From: Octopus bimaculoides | Lineage: Eukaryota | Length of the DNA: 64,000 nt | Assembly (NCBI RefSeq): GCF_001194135.2 | Contig: NC_068981.1 | Span: forward strand, 90,521,744-90,585,743 | Reading direction: 5' to 3' | Shown: positions 1-13,237 of the stretch, piece after piece | Numbering within the stretch: position 1 is the stretch's first letter | How the letters are laid out: the number at the start of each line of letters is the position of its first letter | Translations under genes and position numbers: made by a program | Notes under the pieces: model-generated | Told to the model about the DNA's origin: nothing | Database searches by the model: none | Seen by the model: only the letters and a program-made list of their open reading frames with translations

Positions 1-619
1 GGTCATTAATAACTGAAGGGGTCTTTACCCTTATATATATATATATGTATATTTGCTGAGGCCTACTGGTCACGAAGACCAAATGGGCACCCAAAGCTGA
101 AAGGGGAGAGCAACGTCTAACTGGTTGTTAACATAATATTGGCTAATAGCTCATTTTATAAAGGTAGACAAAATTCTGTAACAAATATACATAAAAACTT
201 TCTGTTAAGTTGTGTTCGAAATAGCATTTTAATATTTTAATAAATATAAAAGTTATAGTTCTTTTACGAAAGCCATCTAAACTCACGATTACTGTAGAAT
301 TTAATAGAAACACATAGTGGGGTATTTTAGTTAGAAATATAGAAATGAAAGGGTTAAGTTACTTTTTTTTTTTTGGTAAGAGTTTAGGTTTGGGAAGAGG
401 AAAAAAAGAAAATCTAAAACTGAAATCTATATTGTCAATAACAGGTAATTTTTCAATAGATAATTTCACTAAAATGTTAATTGTAGATAAAACATTTCAA
501 GTGATACAAAATATACTGAGGAAGTGTCTTTACACATTAACTATTTTGTCTTACATTTTTTTTCTTCTGATGTTATTTTTTTCATACACATACAATTATT
601 TTAATAACATATATACACA

Positions 620-629
620 AGTGTGTGTA

Positions 630-676
<47 letters not shown>

Positions 677-710
677 TAGAGAAAGAGATAGAGAGAGAGA
701 GAGAGGAAGA
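620..710. repeat. (GT)n(GA)n microsatellite in presumed FBXO38 3' UTR
   Basis: Seen directly, ~50 bp downstream of the stop codon on the minus strand. Confidence 0.95.
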
Positions 711-759
711 GAAAAATATTTCTAAATCCCTCGTACAAGCCCACACTGGCAAAATTAGT

Positions 760-935
760 TCATACATAAAGGTCTGGAGTTGGAAGGCCAGAGATGTCAC
801 ACATGTTTATATACACGAGAAATACACTGTCAGACCAATAATCGCCCTGGATGCCTTCTTTGATAAAACTTACTCCCAACTGTCGTAGACGCTCTGATGC
901 AAGCTCTCGACCGACAGGAGTATTTGGCAGCATGT
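760..935 (-). CDS. FBXO38: FBXO38 terminal coding exon 14
   Basis: ...VFLVYINMCDISGLPTPDLYV* (recalled human IFIHYCDVNGEPVEDDYI*). Acceptor cacag|, TGA at 760-762. The 14 exons total 4848 nt, which is divisible by 3. Confidence 0.9.
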
Positions 936-1617
936 CTGTGAATAGAAATAAACAAATAGATATATATTACACACACATACACAAACAGATGCAAAACAAC
1001 ACAGAAGTGAAATAGTCATGGAAATATAGTTTTGAAATTTCAGCTTTACAAACAGCTGGTAGTTGTTTGTCCTGCATTACTGCCAAGTCATTGCAGACTA
1101 AGGCTTTAGGTTTACAGGAGGCCTTAAGCCTAGCACCACAAATTATGAGACACTCAATTGTTCAGGACTGCCATAGCTGCTAAAGGTGGTGAGATGTTCT
1201 TCCTACTCTACAGTACTCAGAACAGCAGCACAAAAACCACATTTGGATAAGGATAAAGGCCCTTCCCAAGTCATACAGATGCATAGGGCTGGAAAGATGA
1301 AAGGCAAAGTCGACCCCAGCAGAATTTGAACTCAGAATGTAAAGACAGATGAAATGATGTTAAGCATTTTGCCTGGCGTGCTAACGATTCTGCCAGCTTG
1401 CTGCCTTAACCTTCTTGAGTCACGCCGACTCCTAAGGGCCAGTTTCCCTGGTTCATGGTGTATAAATTCCTGACCTGGATGGATGCCAATCCGTCACAGG
1501 ATTACTCATTTTTGCCAGCTGAGTGGACTGGAGCAATGTGAAACAAAGCGTTTTGTTTCACATTGCTCCAGCCCACTCATTAGATGAAGCATGATGAAAT
1601 AGAAATTAGATATATAC

Positions 1618-1710
1618 CCTTTTCCTTTTGGTCAGAATAATTTTGCAAAAAGAACTTCAACCATGGAATGTCTGTTTTTACTTCTAATATACTTCCATCT
1701 TCATTGATTT
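1618..1710 (-). CDS. FBXO38: FBXO38 coding exon 13 (93 nt)
   Basis: INEDGSILEVKTDIPWLKFF (recalled human DGAPYSMISDFPWLRSL). Boundaries tacag| and g|gtata, phase 1 to 1. Confidence 0.8.
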
Positions 1711-2291
1711 CTGTAAAATATGTAAATTTAACGAGCAAATTAATTTCCTAAATTTAGATATCAAGTATTGTTATGATGTACAAGCTATAAAACAGAGATG
1801 TTAAAGAGTTAAGTATATATTAGCATGAAAATGCTACTGTATTGATATCTTATAAGGCTGACACACAAATAGAAATACCCCACAAAATCAACTTGCATCT
1901 TATAAACACAAAGTTACTGTTTGGGTGCTGTACTGCAATGTAAAATGAATTACAAACATCTGTTCTTACAAAACTGCTCTCCAGAGTTATTATTTTCAAA
2001 AGAACAATGCATACTAATAATAATTATTTAACCCCTTAGCATTTAAACTGGCCATGTCCAGCTCAAATATTCTCCCTGTTTTATGTTCAAACTTATCAAA
2101 TTCATCTTCTCACACCTGCCTTACAATGCCATCCTAAAAATAAAACAACCACATCATCAAAAGTTCAAAGCTACAAGATAATGTATGATTAACTCAAAAC
2201 AACATGAATAAATGAGCATTACATTTAACATAATAATCTGAATGCTAAAGGGTGAATATAATACCATTCAAGAAGTAAAAAGTTTTCTTAC

Positions 2292-2377
2292 CCTCAAAAT
2301 TGTGAATGGATCTTGGACATTTTTCTTCCAATGGAACCACTACATTTTCATGAGTTTTTAAAATTTCTCTCAGGCAG
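2292..2377 (-). CDS. FBXO38: FBXO38 coding exon 12 (86 nt)
   Basis: CLREILKTHENVVVPLEEKCPRSIHNFEG (recalled human ends REIYTLEG). Boundaries cttag| and g|gtaag, phase 2 to 1. Confidence 0.75.
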
Positions 2378-3298
2378 CTAAGAAAAAAACAGAAAATTAT
2401 ATAAAACCTGACATATTTCACTAATAATAATTCTTTTTTTTACTATAGGTATAATCAGATCAGATCATCATTTAATATCCATTGTCCATGCTGGCATTGG
2501 TTGGACAGTTTCACCAGAGCTGTCAAGCTGGGGAGCTACACCAGACTCTAGCCTGATTTGGCATGGTTTCTATGGCTAGATGCCCTTCCTAACACCAACC
2601 ACTTTATAGAGTGTGTTGGGTGCTTTTATGTGGCACCACATGAGCACTTTTATATAACACTGCCATGAGTGCTTTAAATCAGTCCTTAGACTAGGTGAGT
2701 GGGGCTGTCGATTAGAATTGACCCTAGTGTTCAAATAGCATGTCTTTCAATGACCCTGAGAGGATGAAAGGCAAAGTCGACCTAGGCAGAATTTGAACTC
2801 AGAACATAAAGCCAGATGAAATGCTGTTAAGCATTTTGTCCAGTGTGCTCATGATTCTGACAGGACTGACATTTAGGACTACCTGTCCGTTTGGATCGTT
2901 CGCCTTGAAAAAAATCAAAAATACAGAGAATAAACTGTAACAAAATCTGAGGTAAAATTCCTAAGGCGACTGAACTGACTATTTATCGTCATTCATTCCA
3001 GCAGCTTATGTAGTCAAATACCATGCTCTACACTAGTTTAAACTATCCCAGTAAATAGTGAAATAGAAATCTTGATGTCAAGACACCACTGTACATCCAT
3101 AAGCAGCATGTCCATTTTGTACACTCAAAATCACAGAAGTGACACAATTTATAGTTAAAAGGAAATTAAAGAAGGTTTCTCATTGCTTTTACTAGTCAAA
3201 TGATAAACGAATGGGAATATGTATCTTGATATCAAAGTCAAATGAAATTTGTGCAAAAGGGAACAAAAAAACAAAGAAGTAAACAGCTATTCAATTAC

Positions 3299-3450
3299 CT
3301 GTTAATACTAGGAAGTAAATCTACCAAAATCTCTGCACGTTTTCTATTCAGCACCATCATAGAAGGCTGCTTGCAATGGTCTTTAACCAGACAGTGGTAG
3401 CCACTAGAATGATCTTCTTGACCAAACAACGATGTCATGGGAATCTGTAG
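3299..3450 (-). CDS. FBXO38: FBXO38 coding exon 11 (152 nt; alternative acceptor at 3444)
   Basis: Open frame LQIPMTSLFGQEDHSSGYHCLVKDHCKQPS...LPSIN with AG/GT ends. Phase 0 to 2 fits both neighbours. Similarity to human is weak. Confidence 0.75.
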
Positions 3451-5202
3451 CTGATAATGCAAAAAAAACTGCTTTATAGTCTTTAAAGATAAAAAGTGTT
3501 TGGAAAGGCAAGCACCATTTTTTCATACAATACAGTGTACATATTATATAAATTAACAGCTAAAATATTTTATATGCATGAAGTAAGACACTAGGAATGC
3601 CAAGGAAAAGACTATCTTTTCATGTAATATAGTGTGCATATTATATAAATTAGCAGCTAAAATGTTTTTATAAGTATGACATAAGACTAGGAACACTAAT
3701 TTGAAGTAGAGCTCCAGCATCCACTAAATATAGGCCACTACAGGACTCAACCCTTTCGTTACCATATTTATTTTGAGAAGCTCTGTCTCTTTCTATTATT
3801 TTAAATTATAACAAGGAATTTAGTAAAATAACTTAATGTAAGGAGCATAAACTGTGACTAAGGTTTGATGGAAGATTTCAATTCAAAACTTATGAAAACA
3901 CGACATTTGTACTATAGAGCCAGAACTGGTTTCAGCCGGGTTGGTATCGAAAGAGTTGAACCAAAAATCCATCTCTTGCAGGGAGACAGCACTGCCGATG
4001 ACAAATACATAACATCAAACAATCTGCTTAGTCAAAACAAGTACTATGAATGTTATTGGTATAAACTAACACCTCAATCTCTTTAACTCCAACATATAAA
4101 ATTAATGATTTCTAATTTTAGCACAAGATCACAAGTGTTAGTAGATGTGTGGATTTGATTAAATTAACCCAATATATTACAATCACTCATTTTTATCAAC
4201 CCCAAAGGATGTATAGCAAAGTTGACCATGGCAAGTTTTGAACTTGGAATGTAACTAAATATTACTCCATTTGTCTGAACTGTTTAGGCATTGAGCAACC
4301 ATTCATTAAGAAAGGGTCATAAATCCAGGCTTTCATACTGTTAGTGAATCATCATTTAACATCCACTTTTCCTAGCTACATAAACCAACTAGACTTTATG
4401 ACAGAGCACACAGAAAAGAAAATTAACTTCAAATGTTTTCATAAGCAAAAACCAATTTACAAAATTTCCTATATTTGATTAGCACTAAATGAAAGAAAAA
4501 CACCATTATGATTATTGGTTGACAGTTATGCCCATATTGCCCTTTTTTAGTTATAAAAACTAATACAGTTTTGACTCATATATATAACCCTTTAGCATTC
4601 AGATTTTTCTGTCAAATGTAATAGCTATTCATTCAAAGGGTTTTTAATTTATTATGCACAATCTTGTAACTTAGAGATTTTGATGATGTGATTATTTTTA
4701 GAATGACATAGGATAGGTGTGATAGTCCAGATCTAGCTGGTTTGAGCATAAAACAAGAAGAATATTTGGGTCTGATATTGGCCGGTTTAAATGCTAAAGG
4801 GTTAAACTGGCAAAAGACCAAAACATGGACACAACACACCTTTACTACCATACTGCATGCAGTACAACTACCGCACATTATGAAATATAGTACAGAATCA
4901 CACAAGACCGTGACAAATATCACTCGTCTACCTTTGAGGGATCTGTGGGTGTCACTTGAGCATTTGACAGGAATTGATAGGGCCAAAGACTGCCTTGTGC
5001 TCCAGTGCCTTCTTTGGTGTAGTTCCTATAGCTGGATGCCCTCTCTAATACCAACCACTTTACAGTGTGTACTGGATGAATAATTCATACCACCAATACT
5101 AGTGAGGCAGTCATGTAATAGTTTGTAAGACTACCAAATGTAATATAAATAAAATAAAAGTGATAATAAAATACCTGTCCATAACCAATATATTAATCTT
5201 AC

Positions 5203-5369
5203 CTGATGCATTGGTCTGAGAAACAAAACTCGTGATATATCAGAAGGCAATGGAGAAAGCTCTTTGATAACCTGGTCTTCCAACAGTTTTTTGCACTGTG
5301 CAAAAGATATCCTGGACAACTTGGGACACTTCCCAATGGAGATCTTCTTCAACACACGACATGCACTAC
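5203..5369 (-). CDS. FBXO38: FBXO38 coding exon 10 (167 nt)
   Basis: SACRVLKK...FAQCKKL..DQV...LRPMHQ contains conserved CRVLK, AQCKKL and LRPM.Q. Boundaries tttag| and cag|gtaag. Confidence 0.95.
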
Positions 5370-5513
5370 CTAAAAGATAAACAAAAAAATTATATATTAA
5401 TAAGTATGGAATTTGGTGCAGCTCTGCAGCTTACCAGTTTCAGTCAAGCTGTCTAATCCATGCCAGCATGGAAAGCAGACGTAGTAAAGATTTCTATTTA
5501 CAAATATATATTA

Positions 5514-5546
<33 letters not shown>

Positions 5547-6381
5547 CTATATGGGAGAGAAGGTAAGTTGATTACATCGACCCCAGGGTAGCCACTTTTC
5601 CTTTACAAAATAACCACTTTGTATGATTTTTAGGTGTGTAACAACAACAGCTGAAACAACAGAGGGTCATTAAAGACAACACTGTTTGTGTGATGGAAAG
5701 ACCTCTGTGTTGGTAAACACAGTTAGTGTAAAGAGATGACATCTACTGGGTAAAATCTTCATATGTTCAGGGGCAATACTTACAAGAGGTTAATTTTACG
5801 ACATACTTTCTAAAACAGCATTTAAGTTTGCTATATTATAATGCTGAGGAAAGTGGCGAGGTGGTGGCAGACAAAACAGCAGCATTTTGTCCATCTTTAC
5901 ATCCTGAGATCAAATTCCACTGAGGTCAACTTTGCCTTTCATCTTTTCTGGGTCGATAAAATAAGCACCAGTTGAGCATTTCTTCACTGAAATTGCTGGC
6001 CTTGTGCCAAAATTTGAAACACCAATATGCTGAGGATACCATTTTAAAACATTATTTAACCCTTTATTTAGCATTCAGATTACTGTAACATGTAATGCCT
6101 GTATATTCACATTTCATATAATTGATCATGTATTATCTCATAGCTTTGACATTTCAATGATGTAATTGTATATTTTTAGAATGACATTGTAGGGTAGGTG
6201 TGAGATGCTGAATCTGGCCAGTTTGACCATTTAGGGCTGGATATGGCCAGTTTAAATGCTAAAGTGTTAAGACAATAACAATGTGAGAACACCATTCAAA
6301 CAGCATAAGGATTTAGTTTAGAATGTTTTATTCTTTTATATACACCAGTATTAATGTATACAAGATAAGCTCTAAACTTAC

Positions 6382-6484
6382 ACGAGACGGTAGCCAGATT
6401 TGGACAGTCAAGAAGGCAGAGATTTGTTATTCCAACCATATGCAATGTCAGGGTTGTCAGAGTCTTGGACTGAACTCCAAGTAC
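6382..6484 (-). CDS. FBXO38: FBXO38 coding exon 9 (103 nt)
   Basis: VLGVQSKTLTTLTLHMVGITNLCLLDCPNLATVS vs recalled human [29 protein letters not shown]. Boundaries cgtag| and |gtaagt. Confidence 0.9.
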
Positions 6485-7500
6485 CTACGAAAAAATATCA
6501 GAAAATAAAAGCAATCATGTCACATTTTGAGAGCAGCATCTTATATTTTACAAGCTATGAAAAAGAGACTACTATAATGGCAAAGATATATTATATGATT
6601 TTCTTTCTCAGACACAAGTCCTTTGTGTGAAATGTGAAAGATATGATTAATAAACTCTTTACCCAATAAATTATTTTTATTCTTTTTCTTTTATTTTACT
6701 TGTTTCAGTCATTTACCACAAAGCCACACCTGTGCCTATTTGCACATATTCTATCATAACCTATTACTACCCTTTCACAAACTGCAAACTCTGCCAGTGA
6801 GAATTGAAATTAGAAATTCTTCCAGTTTTCACTTTGCAGGGTATGTATCAACAATATAGACAATACTTTGTTGTGATGGTCAGAATGATTGGCACTATCG
6901 AAGGTAAAGATAAAACACTAATATAGTGGTAGATTCTCAGCTTCTAGGTGGTAAGTTCTAATCAGATGTATCAATATTGTTTTACTGATTACAACTTGTT
7001 TGGTTTTAGTGATTACAACTTCTGGATGAAAGTCTGTCTCTGACAGAATACTGAATTATTTTAGGGAGAGATTTCTTTCGCATTTACTTAAGGTTAAAGT
7101 TGAGCAGTAGACTAATGTTTTCTTATGCTAAGTAAACAACTAGGTCCAACAACTGAATATTCTACTGAGAAGTTGGTAAATCATATCCTGTTTTTAGCAC
7201 TGGTTTGTATCCAACACAGTTGCTGTTTAAAAATTCCAATCTTCCTAACTTTAAATAAGTACTGCACAATAAGAATATCTTATAGCTATCAGTCATGTCA
7301 ATACAACAAAACTGACAAGTGCTTCGTTGACTAATAACACTGAATTCAGTATATCCTTAGAAAAAGCAGGGCCACACCATGTTGCCTTGTTTTAAATATA
7401 TTATATAAAGACCCAGACTTAAGTGATGCAACCCTCTACAGATCAAATGGCTTATGAAATTCCCCAACATGTTTTCTTCTCTACTATGTTACTAGGCACA

Positions 7501-7885
7501 GTGGAGGCGCAATGGCTCAGTGGTTAGGGCAGCGGACTCGCGGTCATAGGATTGCGGTTTTGATTCCCAGACCGGGCGTTGTGAGTGTTTATTGAGCGGA
7601 AACACCTAAAGCTCCACGAGGCTCCGGCAGGGGATGGTGGCGAACCCTGCTGTACTCTTTCACCACAACTTTCTCTCACTCTTACTTCCTGTTTCTGTTG
7701 TGCCTGTAATTCAAAGGGTCAGCCTTGTCACACTGTGTCACACTGAATATCCCCGAGAACTACGTTAAGGGTACACGTGTCTGTGGAGTGCTCAGCCACT
7801 TGCATGTTAATTTCACGAGCAGGCTGTTCCGTTGACTGGATCAACTAGAACCCACGACATCGTAAGCGACGGAGTGCCAACAACA
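7501..7885 (+). mobile_element. tRNA-derived SINE with 10-bp TSD
   Basis: A box tggctcagtgg, B-box-like ggttttgattcc, (CAA)n tail and TSD actaggcaca (7491-7500 and 7886-7895). A close copy is at 59124. Confidence 0.9.
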
Positions 7886-8127
7886 ACTAGGCACAAATGG
7901 ATCGTATCTAATGAGCATGTCAATGCAAGGTGATCATTCCACCTATCAGAACTAGCAACCAAATCACATTTTAAATGGTGATGGATACATCAAATGAAGT
8001 GGGTCGGGATGCACTATGTCAGAATAAAAGATGGAAGGGTCATGACTAGAATATCTTGTCATATATCTGCTCAACCAGGAAACACATGGCGCTAAACAAC
8101 AACCATTTGTATTTAGTGATGGCTCAC

Positions 8128-9800
8128 CTGAATGTGATCTTCTTCCTGTACAGGATCACTGGTGCTGGTAGCTTGGTCACAGGTGTTCATTTTACGTTTG
8201 ACTGACTTACGCGTATAGCTGTACTTCGGACCTGATCTAGCAGTCCATCCTGACTGCACTGAATTTGAAGTGGATGACGACGACGACGATGATGATGCAG
8301 TACGAGCAGAACCACTGCTTCTGCTGCTGCTGCTGCTACCGGTATTTTGAGAATTGTTGCTACTAGTTGCTGCTGCCGATGAGGATGATGATGACGACGA
8401 TGATGATGATGTTCTCTCACTTCCACTGGCATTCTCAGCTGAATGTGAGGCTGACTTAGTGGCATCCTCATTCTCTTTTGCTTTCTTTGTAGTCTCTCGA
8501 ATTTCTTCGCTGACAGCTTGGCAAGACTGGTTCATTTTGACAGGGCCACTGCCAGAAAATGATGATGATGACGATGATGGTGATGATGATGAAGAGGAGG
8601 AAGCGGAAGGTAATGAAGATGAAAGCAATGGTAAGGGTGAACTATCACAGCCTTTTTTGGACTTAGTTGTTGTCTTGGCACTGCTCTTCAGGACTGTTCT
8701 GAAACCACTCCGAAGGCACTTCCCTTTCGGTGACATTGTCGACACGGTCGGAATCCCATTTCCCTCACATTTTACTTCTAAGCGAGCTTCAGCAGAATGA
8801 GAGATGCAAGAACTCGAAGGCAGGTTGTTTTCATTGAATGTACAGCACTTACTACTGTCGCTATGGTTTCCGCTGACTAAGGCATCGGTATCAGCAGAAG
8901 ATTGCATATTATCCCCTATTGCTGGTGGGACATCAGCTGATTTATCACAGGTTGGTGGCGCCACATCGAACACCATGTCTGAAGATGTCGATGACGATGT
9001 AGAAGGCTGAGGTTCAGAGACAGGAGAACAACTTTCAGAGGATTTTGCATTTGCAGAATGTTTGTCTTTTTTGTAAAGGAACTTATGAAAATATTTCTTA
9101 CCGGATGAGGATCCGTTACACCTGTGCATGTGGCTGGTGGTAGTGCTTGAGCTGCACTCTCCTCCAGAAATTGCAGAGGAGGCTGACAATTTTTCTGAAA
9201 AGGCTTTGTTAGATGAACGTGACTTGGCACATTCTCCTTCCGTTTCTCCTCCTGCCGATGAAGGACAGCAATCATCCAGCTCTCTCATCCTTTTCCTTTG
9301 AGCCATATTCATTAAGTTTTTCTTGTGTTTCCCTTGTAACCACTGATTGGCACTGTTGTGACTCCTAACATCACTGACATTATTACAACAATTTCGAACA
9401 TTACTACGACTACTACTACTACTACAACAATCATCACCAATACTATTGTTTTCATTACTACTGCTACTACAACTACTACTACAATGGCCACCTATTCCAT
9501 CTTTCCCCTTGCTACTACAACTATTACTACTACTGTTGCTGCTGCTGCCACCACTGTGGGTGCATTGTTTCGAGGCTGAGGATCCACTTCCAACAGATGG
9601 AATGCTAGCGTTGTTTACAAAGTCAGACTTGCAGATATTCAAGCCACTTGTTGAGGGCTGAGCAGATGATGTATCTGTGGAGATAACACGAACTGAAGGA
9701 GTGTAGCAGGTGTATGCTCCTTTGGAGTGCAGGTCAGATTTCGTGGTACGCTTACTAGTCTTCTCTGCAGAACACTTTGTCACTTTGGTGTTTTTATGAC
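8128..9800 (-). CDS. FBXO38: FBXO38 coding exon 8 (1673 nt, Ser-rich)
   Basis: Open 557-codon frame ending KRKMNTCDQATSTSDPVQEEDHIQ (recalled human [23 protein letters not shown]). Boundaries tttcag| and cag|gtgagc, phase 1 to 0. Confidence 0.92.
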
Positions 9801-10300
9801 CTGAAATGAGGTTCAAAAATTCTAATTAAATAATCATTTGACTAGCGGGAATTTACCAACAAAACTGTTTCAATAATATCCTTTTTTTTTTTTTATGAGG
9901 AAAATAAATACATCAGCGTACTATATACAGAGAAATGTGATGTCAGAGACAGGAGCAGGGCTTTGCAAGAGACGAAGTAGTGTCATGCCAGAGATAGAAG
10001 CAACAGTTTGTGTATTGTGGGGGGAGAAAGAGAGGGAGGGAGAGAGAGGAAGAGAGAGGGTGAGAGAGGGNNNNNNNNNNNNNNNNNNNNNNNNNNNNNN
10101 NNNNNNNNNNNNNNNNNNNNNNNNNNNNNNNNNNNNNNNNNNNNNNNNNNNNNNNNNNNNNNNNNNNNNNNNNNNNNNNNNNNNNNNNNNNNNNNNNNNN
10201 NNNNNNNNNNNNNNNNNNNNNNNNNNNNNNNNNNNNNNNNNNNNNNNNNNNNNNGAGAGAGAGAGAGAGAGGGAGAGAGAGGCAGTATTATACTAGAGAA

Positions 10301-10337
<37 letters not shown>

Positions 10338-11362
10338 GCTTTATGGTAGAGATAGAGGAAATTTTATGCTAGACACAAACGTGTCTTATGCTAGAGACAG
10401 AGGTAGTGTTATGCAAGAGAGAGAGAGAGAGAGGAAGTGTTATGCTAGAGACAGAAGAAGTTTTATGCTAGAGACACAGGTATCTTATGCACGCATACGA
10501 GAGAGAGAAAGAGAGAGAGAGGTAGTGTTATGCTAGAGAATGAGGATGAATTACACCAGAGAAAGAGGCAACAGTATTTAGCTAGCCTCTGTTCTTTTAG
10601 GAATACCTGTTTTTTAAATCATCATTTTTTAAAAATTTTAAATATGTCAATATACAAAATATTCTAAGATAGATTTTATATTGCATAATAAAATACATAC
10701 AAAATATATTTTAAAGCAGTTAATAGAATTTAGTATTTAGACAACATTAACAATAGCAAAATGCAAGAAGCAGTGAAGTACCAAATTAGAAGTTTTGTTG
10801 TATTTAGAGCTATGTCTGTTTATAGTCTGAGTTCATATCTGACATTGCCTTTCATCCAAATTGATAAAATACACACCAGTCAAGTACAAGAAATAAATAA
10901 AATTCTCTTCACACTTTGTGGTCTTGAACTATTGTTGAAAACCACTATTCAGACAACATAGAAAAAATAGTATTGTATGGGTAGAGGTCATGAATTCAAT
11001 ACAAGGTTAAACATGTTTTTGCTCTAATGTTTTCATAAAAAGTTTAAGAGGATTTGGTTTTTCTTTAGTATAAATTTACACACTATTATGTCTTCCTACT
11101 GCTAACCACTCAACCATCAAATAAACTGTAGATGAGATAAGCAGGATAATGTAAGTATTCTGTTCATTAATACAATGAAATGACTTCAGTAAAGATTGAA
11201 TGCATGACCACAAAGTGAATAGTACAGCATATTTACCACAATTAAGCTACACTAAAACAATTGTGTGATGAGAAATGTTAGAAAATCAGGGAAAAGAACA
11301 GGTAATCTAAAATCCTAATGATCCATAATGTCAGTGCTCGGCTCTAGTATCTATAACATTAA

Positions 11363-11582
11363 CCCTTTTGTTACTGTATTTATTTTGAGATGCTCTGTGT
11401 TTCTTTCAATTACTTTAAATATAACAAAGAATTTAGTAAAATAACTTAGTTATTATTCAGTTAGTGTTAGGAACATAAAATGTGACTAAGGTTTGGTAGA
11501 AGATTTTAATTCAAAACTTATGGAAACAAGACATTTGTACTCAGAGCCAGAGTTGGTTTCAGCCGGGTTGGTAACGAAAGGG
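11363..11582. mobile_element. piggyBac-type MITE family 2
   Basis: ttaa-cccttttgttac...gtaacgaaaggg-ttaa. A second copy is at 3751-3955. Confidence 0.8.
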
Positions 11583-12324
11583 TTAAACAAATGAAAGATT
11601 TTTTTTTTTCTCCAGATAGGAGGCTAATCTGTCTTAGAGTTGTTGTTGCTTATGGTGAATTTTATCATTCACAGCAGACTCAGCAGCAAATAGCCCAAAG
11701 CTATAATGGAAGTTACTTGCTGAAGGTGCCAAACAATGAATGGAATCTAAAAGCACATGGTTTTGAATCAAGCTTCTTAATGGCACAGCCATGCCTGCAT
11801 CTATTATCATCATCATTTAGCATCCGTTTCCCATGGTGGCATAGGTTAGATGGTTTGACTAGAACTGGTACGCCAGAGAGCTCTCCAGCTTACCGGTTAT
11901 AGTCAAACCATGGTTTGGTTTCTATGGTTGGATGCCCTTCATAAAGCAAACCTCTCCACAGAGTGTACTGGATGCCTTTAATGTGTCACCAGTACAGGTA
12001 CCGTTTACATGTCACAAGTGCCATTTACATGTCACCAGCACTGGCCACGAATACAATTTCACTTAGTTCAAAAGGTCTTCTCAAGCATAGCAAATCACCA
12101 AAAGTCTTAGTTACTTGTCATCACCTCTGTGAGACTATCAACGTCTCTGCGAGACTCAATAAATAAATAAATAAAGTTAGTAATGTTCCAAATTCTTGAA
12201 TTAAAAAAAATTCTAGACATGCAAAGGCATGAGATATTCAAGTAAGAAATACGGTTTCAGAAAGGGGTTTCTTAAAAAATTAAAAAAATCGTTAATTACA
12301 TCACACGAATAATGAAATACTTAC

Positions 12325-13205
12325 CAAAATGATGGTTGACCCGTTTGTTTGCAATGACAGAGGTACAACAACAAGTATGATTAAGTCCTGAGGGACCAGC
12401 CTTAACAGCTGAGTACAAGTTGTTCTGCTCTGTCAGATAATTGTGATTATTACCCATAGCCAGTTGGTTAGGCACATGTCTGTTTGAACTGCTGTCCCCA
12501 GGTTCAATTCTCTGCCCATCTTCAGAAGATGACTCACCATCTTGACTTTTCTTATCATTGATTTCACATGATTTCTGACCGCTGCTAGAATTTTCTTTAC
12601 TACGTAGAAGACTATTTTTCTTCCCACTCTGTTTTGGAACTGAATCAGAACTGTTACCGGCAACATTGGTGGCGTAATCCTGCTGAGATGGTGCTACACA
12701 GTTCTGACTGGTTGAAGGTGTAGAACACTGACAAGTGGAGATGGGATGTGACGAACAATGTACAGGTGATTGATGGGGGGAAGAATCTCGAGAGAGTGGG
12801 AGTGGTGACTGTGAAGTTGAGTGTTCAGGCAATAGCGGTGGTGACAATGGTTGTGCTGATGTTGCCAATGGTGCAAGTTGGTCAGGAGGTGGTGGTAAGG
12901 GTGGTGGAGGTTGTTCCGGTGAAGGTGGCAACGGTGGGGGTGAAGGTGGCAATGGAGGAGGTGACATTTGAGGAGGAGGGGGAGGGTATGCTGCTGCTTC
13001 AGCTTCTGCATTGTTGTGTTGAGGTTCTGCTTCTGCAGGTGCTGCTGCTGCTGGAGGCACAGGAGCAGCTTGAGCTGGAGGTTGGTCCCCTTGATTATTT
13101 GCAGCCCCAGCACCTGCAGCATTTGGTTGGTTATGGGCATCGGCTCCATTATTCTGTACAAGAGCAGATGAAACTCCAAGCCCAGTCCCGGCACTAAGGC
13201 CAACT
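12325..13205 (-). CDS. FBXO38: FBXO38 coding exon 7 (881 nt, Pro/Ala/Ser-rich)
   Basis: Starts with conserved VGLSAGTGLGVSSALV, followed by a low-complexity region. Boundaries aacag| and g|gtaagt, phase 2 to 1. Confidence 0.9.
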
Positions 13206-13237
13206 CTGTTAAAAGAAACAAACAAAAAACACCTTAA

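Noticed and set aside
5600-5830. Complex sequence tested as an extra FBXO38 exon
   Set aside because: The frames examined after the candidate acceptor hit stops, and exons 9 and 10 already join in phase.
7501-7575. tRNA-like sequences (also 59124-59200, 21870-21930 and 55845-55910)
   Set aside because: No complete cloverleaf is present. They are followed by a repeat body, tail and TSD, or are degenerate, so they are SINE heads rather than tRNA genes.
8187-9661. Several alternative-frame and antisense ORFs, including a poly-D/E 148-aa ORF at 8354-8800
   Set aside because: These are shadows of the Ser-rich FBXO38 exon, whose repetitive codons lack stops in other frames. They have no independent splice or homology support.
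10330-10590. Degenerate ttatgctagagac-type tandem units
   Set aside because: This is low-complexity decay of a (GA)n satellite with no sign of function.
12433-13221. Overlapping ORFs in other frames and on the plus strand
   Set aside because: These are shadows of the Pro-rich FBXO38 exon 7.
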